From: Candidatus Pacebacteria bacterium GW2011_GWA1_46_10
GTDB lineage: Bacteria; Patescibacteriota; Microgenomatia; UBA1400; PJMF01
Direction of reading: 5' to 3'
Assembly: GCA_001002135.1 (NCBI GenBank)
Contig: LCLP01000001.1
Span: 78,108-142,107 of the forward strand
DNA length: 64,000 nucleotides
A program made the translations under genes and the position numbers. Position 1 is the first letter of the stretch. Each line of letters starts with the position of its first letter. Under the pieces are notes generated by a model. That model was not told where the DNA came from. It did no database searches and saw only the letters and a program-made list of their open reading frames with translations. Shown here piece after piece: positions 62,230 to 64,000 of this stretch.

Positions 62230-62877
62230 TTGATTCACCAGGGTGTGATAAAATACAGGGGTATGGATAAGGGTGTGCAGTTGAAGAAACTGCAAGATGA
62301 GTTAGAAACCTCCTACGAATCTCTCCCACTGGCAACAAAACGAGAAGATTTAGTGCACGGCGAAGGGGAGATTTTTATGATTGGTGAGGGACCAGGGTAC
62401 TACGAGGCAGTCCAGCGCCGACCGTTTGTCGGCCGCTCTGGGCAATTGTTGCGGCGAAGTTTGCAGGAAATTGGTCTCTCGCCGGAAACGACCTGGATCA
62501 CCAATATTATCAAGGTTCGACCGCCGGAAAATCGTGACCCGACGGTGGAGGAGATCGAGGCTTTTCGACCGTCACTCAATCAGGAATTGGAGATCATTAA
62601 ACCGCTGTTGATCGTCACCCTCGGGCGTTTTAGTCTGGCCAAGTTTTTGCCTGATGTGCGAATCTCCCAAGTACACGGGCGGCTGCATAAGGTAAACTGG
62701 GAAGGCAGACTCGTTTTTGTGTTGCCGATGTATCACCCGGCCGCCGCCTTGCGCGGCACGCGAGTGATGGAATCGTTTAAAGAAGACTTGAAAAAGTTGC
62801 CCAAGATTCTGGAGTGGGCACGAGAGCAGAAAGAAGTGTGGCAGTTAAAGGGTGATGTGCAAGAAGCTTTGTTTTAA
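62230..62877 (+). CDS. Uracil-DNA glycosylase, family 4-like (no Fe-S cysteines)
   Basis: Motif A GEGPG...RPFVGRSGQLL. Motif B HPAA. The protein has no Cys at all. The likely start is the ATG at 62263. Confidence 0.8.
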   Translation: MIHQGVIKYRGMDKGVQLKKLQDELETSYESLPLATKREDLVHGEGEIFMIGEGPGYYEAVQRRPFVGRSGQLLRRSLQEIGLSPETTWITNIIKVRPPENRDPTVEEIEAFRPSLNQELEIIKPLLIVTLGRFSLAKFLPDVRISQVHGRLHKVNWEGRLVFVLPMYHPAAALRGTRVMESFKEDLKKLPKILEWAREQKEVWQLKGDVQEALF

Positions 62878-62942
62878 AAAGCGACAGCAACTTTATTTTG
62901 AAAAATAGTATTAATTACAAGCAATAGAAGGATTTTTATTTC

Positions 62943-64000
62943 ATGAATCAATTAAAAATTGTACCGATTGGGGGCTTGGGTAAAGTCACCCAAAACATGT
63001 ATTTGTATGAGTATGCAGATGAAATGCTGATGGTGGATTGCGGCATTGGTTTCCCGGACGAGTATATGCCGGGGGTCGATACGCTGATCCCAGATACCAG
63101 TTATTTGCACGAGCAGCTCAAGAACGGTAAAGAATTAGTTGGCATTGCCCTGACCCATGGTCATGAAGACCACATGGGTGCCTTGCCGTATATTTTGCCG
63201 GAGCTCAAGGAAATGCCGCCGATCTGGGGATCTGAGCTGACGGTGGCCTTTGCCCAGAAAAAATTAACTGACCAAAAAGTTGACGTCTTTATCAATACAT
63301 TTAAAGATCACCAGAAAGTTACGTTTGGTCAGCACTTCCAAGTGATGTCGATCGCGGTGACCCACTCCGTGCCGGACACCAAACACTTAGTGATTGATAC
63401 ACCAGAGGGGGTGGTGTATCACGGTTCGGATTTCAAATTAGATGATCATCCACTCGACGGCGTAAAAACTGACCTGGCGGCGATGAAGACGCTGGGGAAC
63501 CAAGGCATTTTGGTGGCGCTGGTTGATAGTTTACGTTCAGAACAACTCGAGCACTCGGCGTCAGAAACCACGGTCGGGCCGGAACTGGAAAAACTAATGC
63601 GCCACACCAAGGGTAAGTTCATTGTGACCTTAATGAGTTCTCATATTCATCGGATCCAGCAGATCGTGGACTCGGCGGTGCGGCTCGGTCGCAAGGTAGT
63701 CTTCATTGGCCGCTCGGTGGAACAAAATGTGGAAATCGCCAGCAGTCTCAAGAAACTCCATATCCCCAGAGGCACGATGATCGATAAGCGGGACGTGAGT
63801 AAAGTGAAGGATAAAAATTTGTGTGTGGTGATCGCCGGCAGCCAAGGCCAAGAAGGTTCGTCATTGATCCGCGCCATTTACGGTGAGCACCGCCAAATTC
63901 AAGTCTTGCCGGATGATAAAGTGGTCTTTTCTGCCAATGTCATTCCAGGCAACGAAATTCCGTACTATCGGGCGATTAACCAGTTGGCCGGCAACGGAGT
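62943..64000 (+). CDS. rnj: Ribonuclease J (metallo-beta-lactamase/beta-CASP), partial; it continues beyond the window
   Basis: HGHEDHMGALPY (HxHxDH). The beta-CASP region is open to the window end. Confidence 0.85.
   Translation, partial: MNQLKIVPIGGLGKVTQNMYLYEYADEMLMVDCGIGFPDEYMPGVDTLIPDTSYLHEQLKNGKELVGIALTHGHEDHMGALPYILPELKEMPPIWGSELTVAFAQKKLTDQKVDVFINTFKDHQKVTFGQHFQVMSIAVTHSVPDTKHLVIDTPEGVVYHGSDFKLDDHPLDGVKTDLAAMKTLGNQGILVALVDSLRSEQLEHSASETTVGPELEKLMRHTKGKFIVTLMSSHIHRIQQIVDSAVRLGRKVVFIGRSVEQNVEIASSLKKLHIPRGTMIDKRDVSKVKDKNLCVVIAGSQGQEGSSLIRAIYGEHRQIQVLPDDKVVFSANVIPGNEIPYYRAINQLAGNG

Overview
This 64-kb window looks like a compact, gene-dense bacterial chromosome segment, about 45-50% GC, with almost no accessory content. 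I read it as a streamlined genome and possibly a CPR/Patescibacteria-type organism; that is my inference only. The genetic code is standard: sufB and the GT4 gene both terminate on TGA.

Coding content, in order along the window:
- Cell envelope: two class A penicillin-binding proteins, a GH18 hydrolase, a GT2 plus YfhO-family glycosylation pair, a GT4 glycosyltransferase, an FtsB/DivIC-like protein, and two paralogous Ig-like surface proteins.
- Nucleotide metabolism: nrdR followed by a class II ribonucleotide reductase (nrdJ) with two NrdR boxes upstream, cmk, two Nudix hydrolases, and a family-4-like uracil-DNA glycosylase.
- Proteostasis: groES-groEL and hrcA-grpE-dnaK-...-dnaJ, each preceded by a CIRCE-like operator, plus ftsH and a Lon-like AAA+ ATPase that lacks its protease domain.
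- Translation and RNA: smpB, tsaD with a fused tsaC-tsaE gene, trpS, a CsaA-like tRNA-binding protein, nusA-infB, rpsO-pnp, RNase J (partial), and two divergent tRNA-CAT genes.
- Fe-S assembly: sufC-sufB-sufD(short)-[AT-rich insert]-sufS-sufU, then an FNR-like reductase, a ferredoxin and a SufT/DUF59 protein.
- Others: a tyrosine recombinase, Fe/Mn superoxide dismutase, a 2TM K+ channel, a 5'-3' exonuclease, a DEDDy 3'-5' exonuclease, a PfkB kinase, an SPFH protein, an orphan BrnA/CopG-type RHH gene and a TM-anchored HNH protein.

No CRISPR array, transposase or rRNA is present.

The most unusual observations are:
- A structured, riboswitch-like leader with mutually exclusive helices and an intrinsic terminator upstream of the tandem Nudix genes (49160-49378).
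- A GroES whose roof hairpin is replaced by a roughly 36-aa Cys/His-rich segment encoded by a (TGTGGT)n repeat.
- An AT-rich roughly 1-kb insert that splits the suf operon and carries a 207-codon frame interrupted by a single in-frame TGA.
- A conserved 'VENT' plus transmembrane-helix C-terminal signal shared by the two Ig-like surface proteins.
- HMGA-type AT-hook motifs, encoded by a repeated palindrome GCGGCCGGCCGC, in the cytoplasmic tail of one PBP.
- A Lon ATPase module truncated exactly at the protease-domain boundary.
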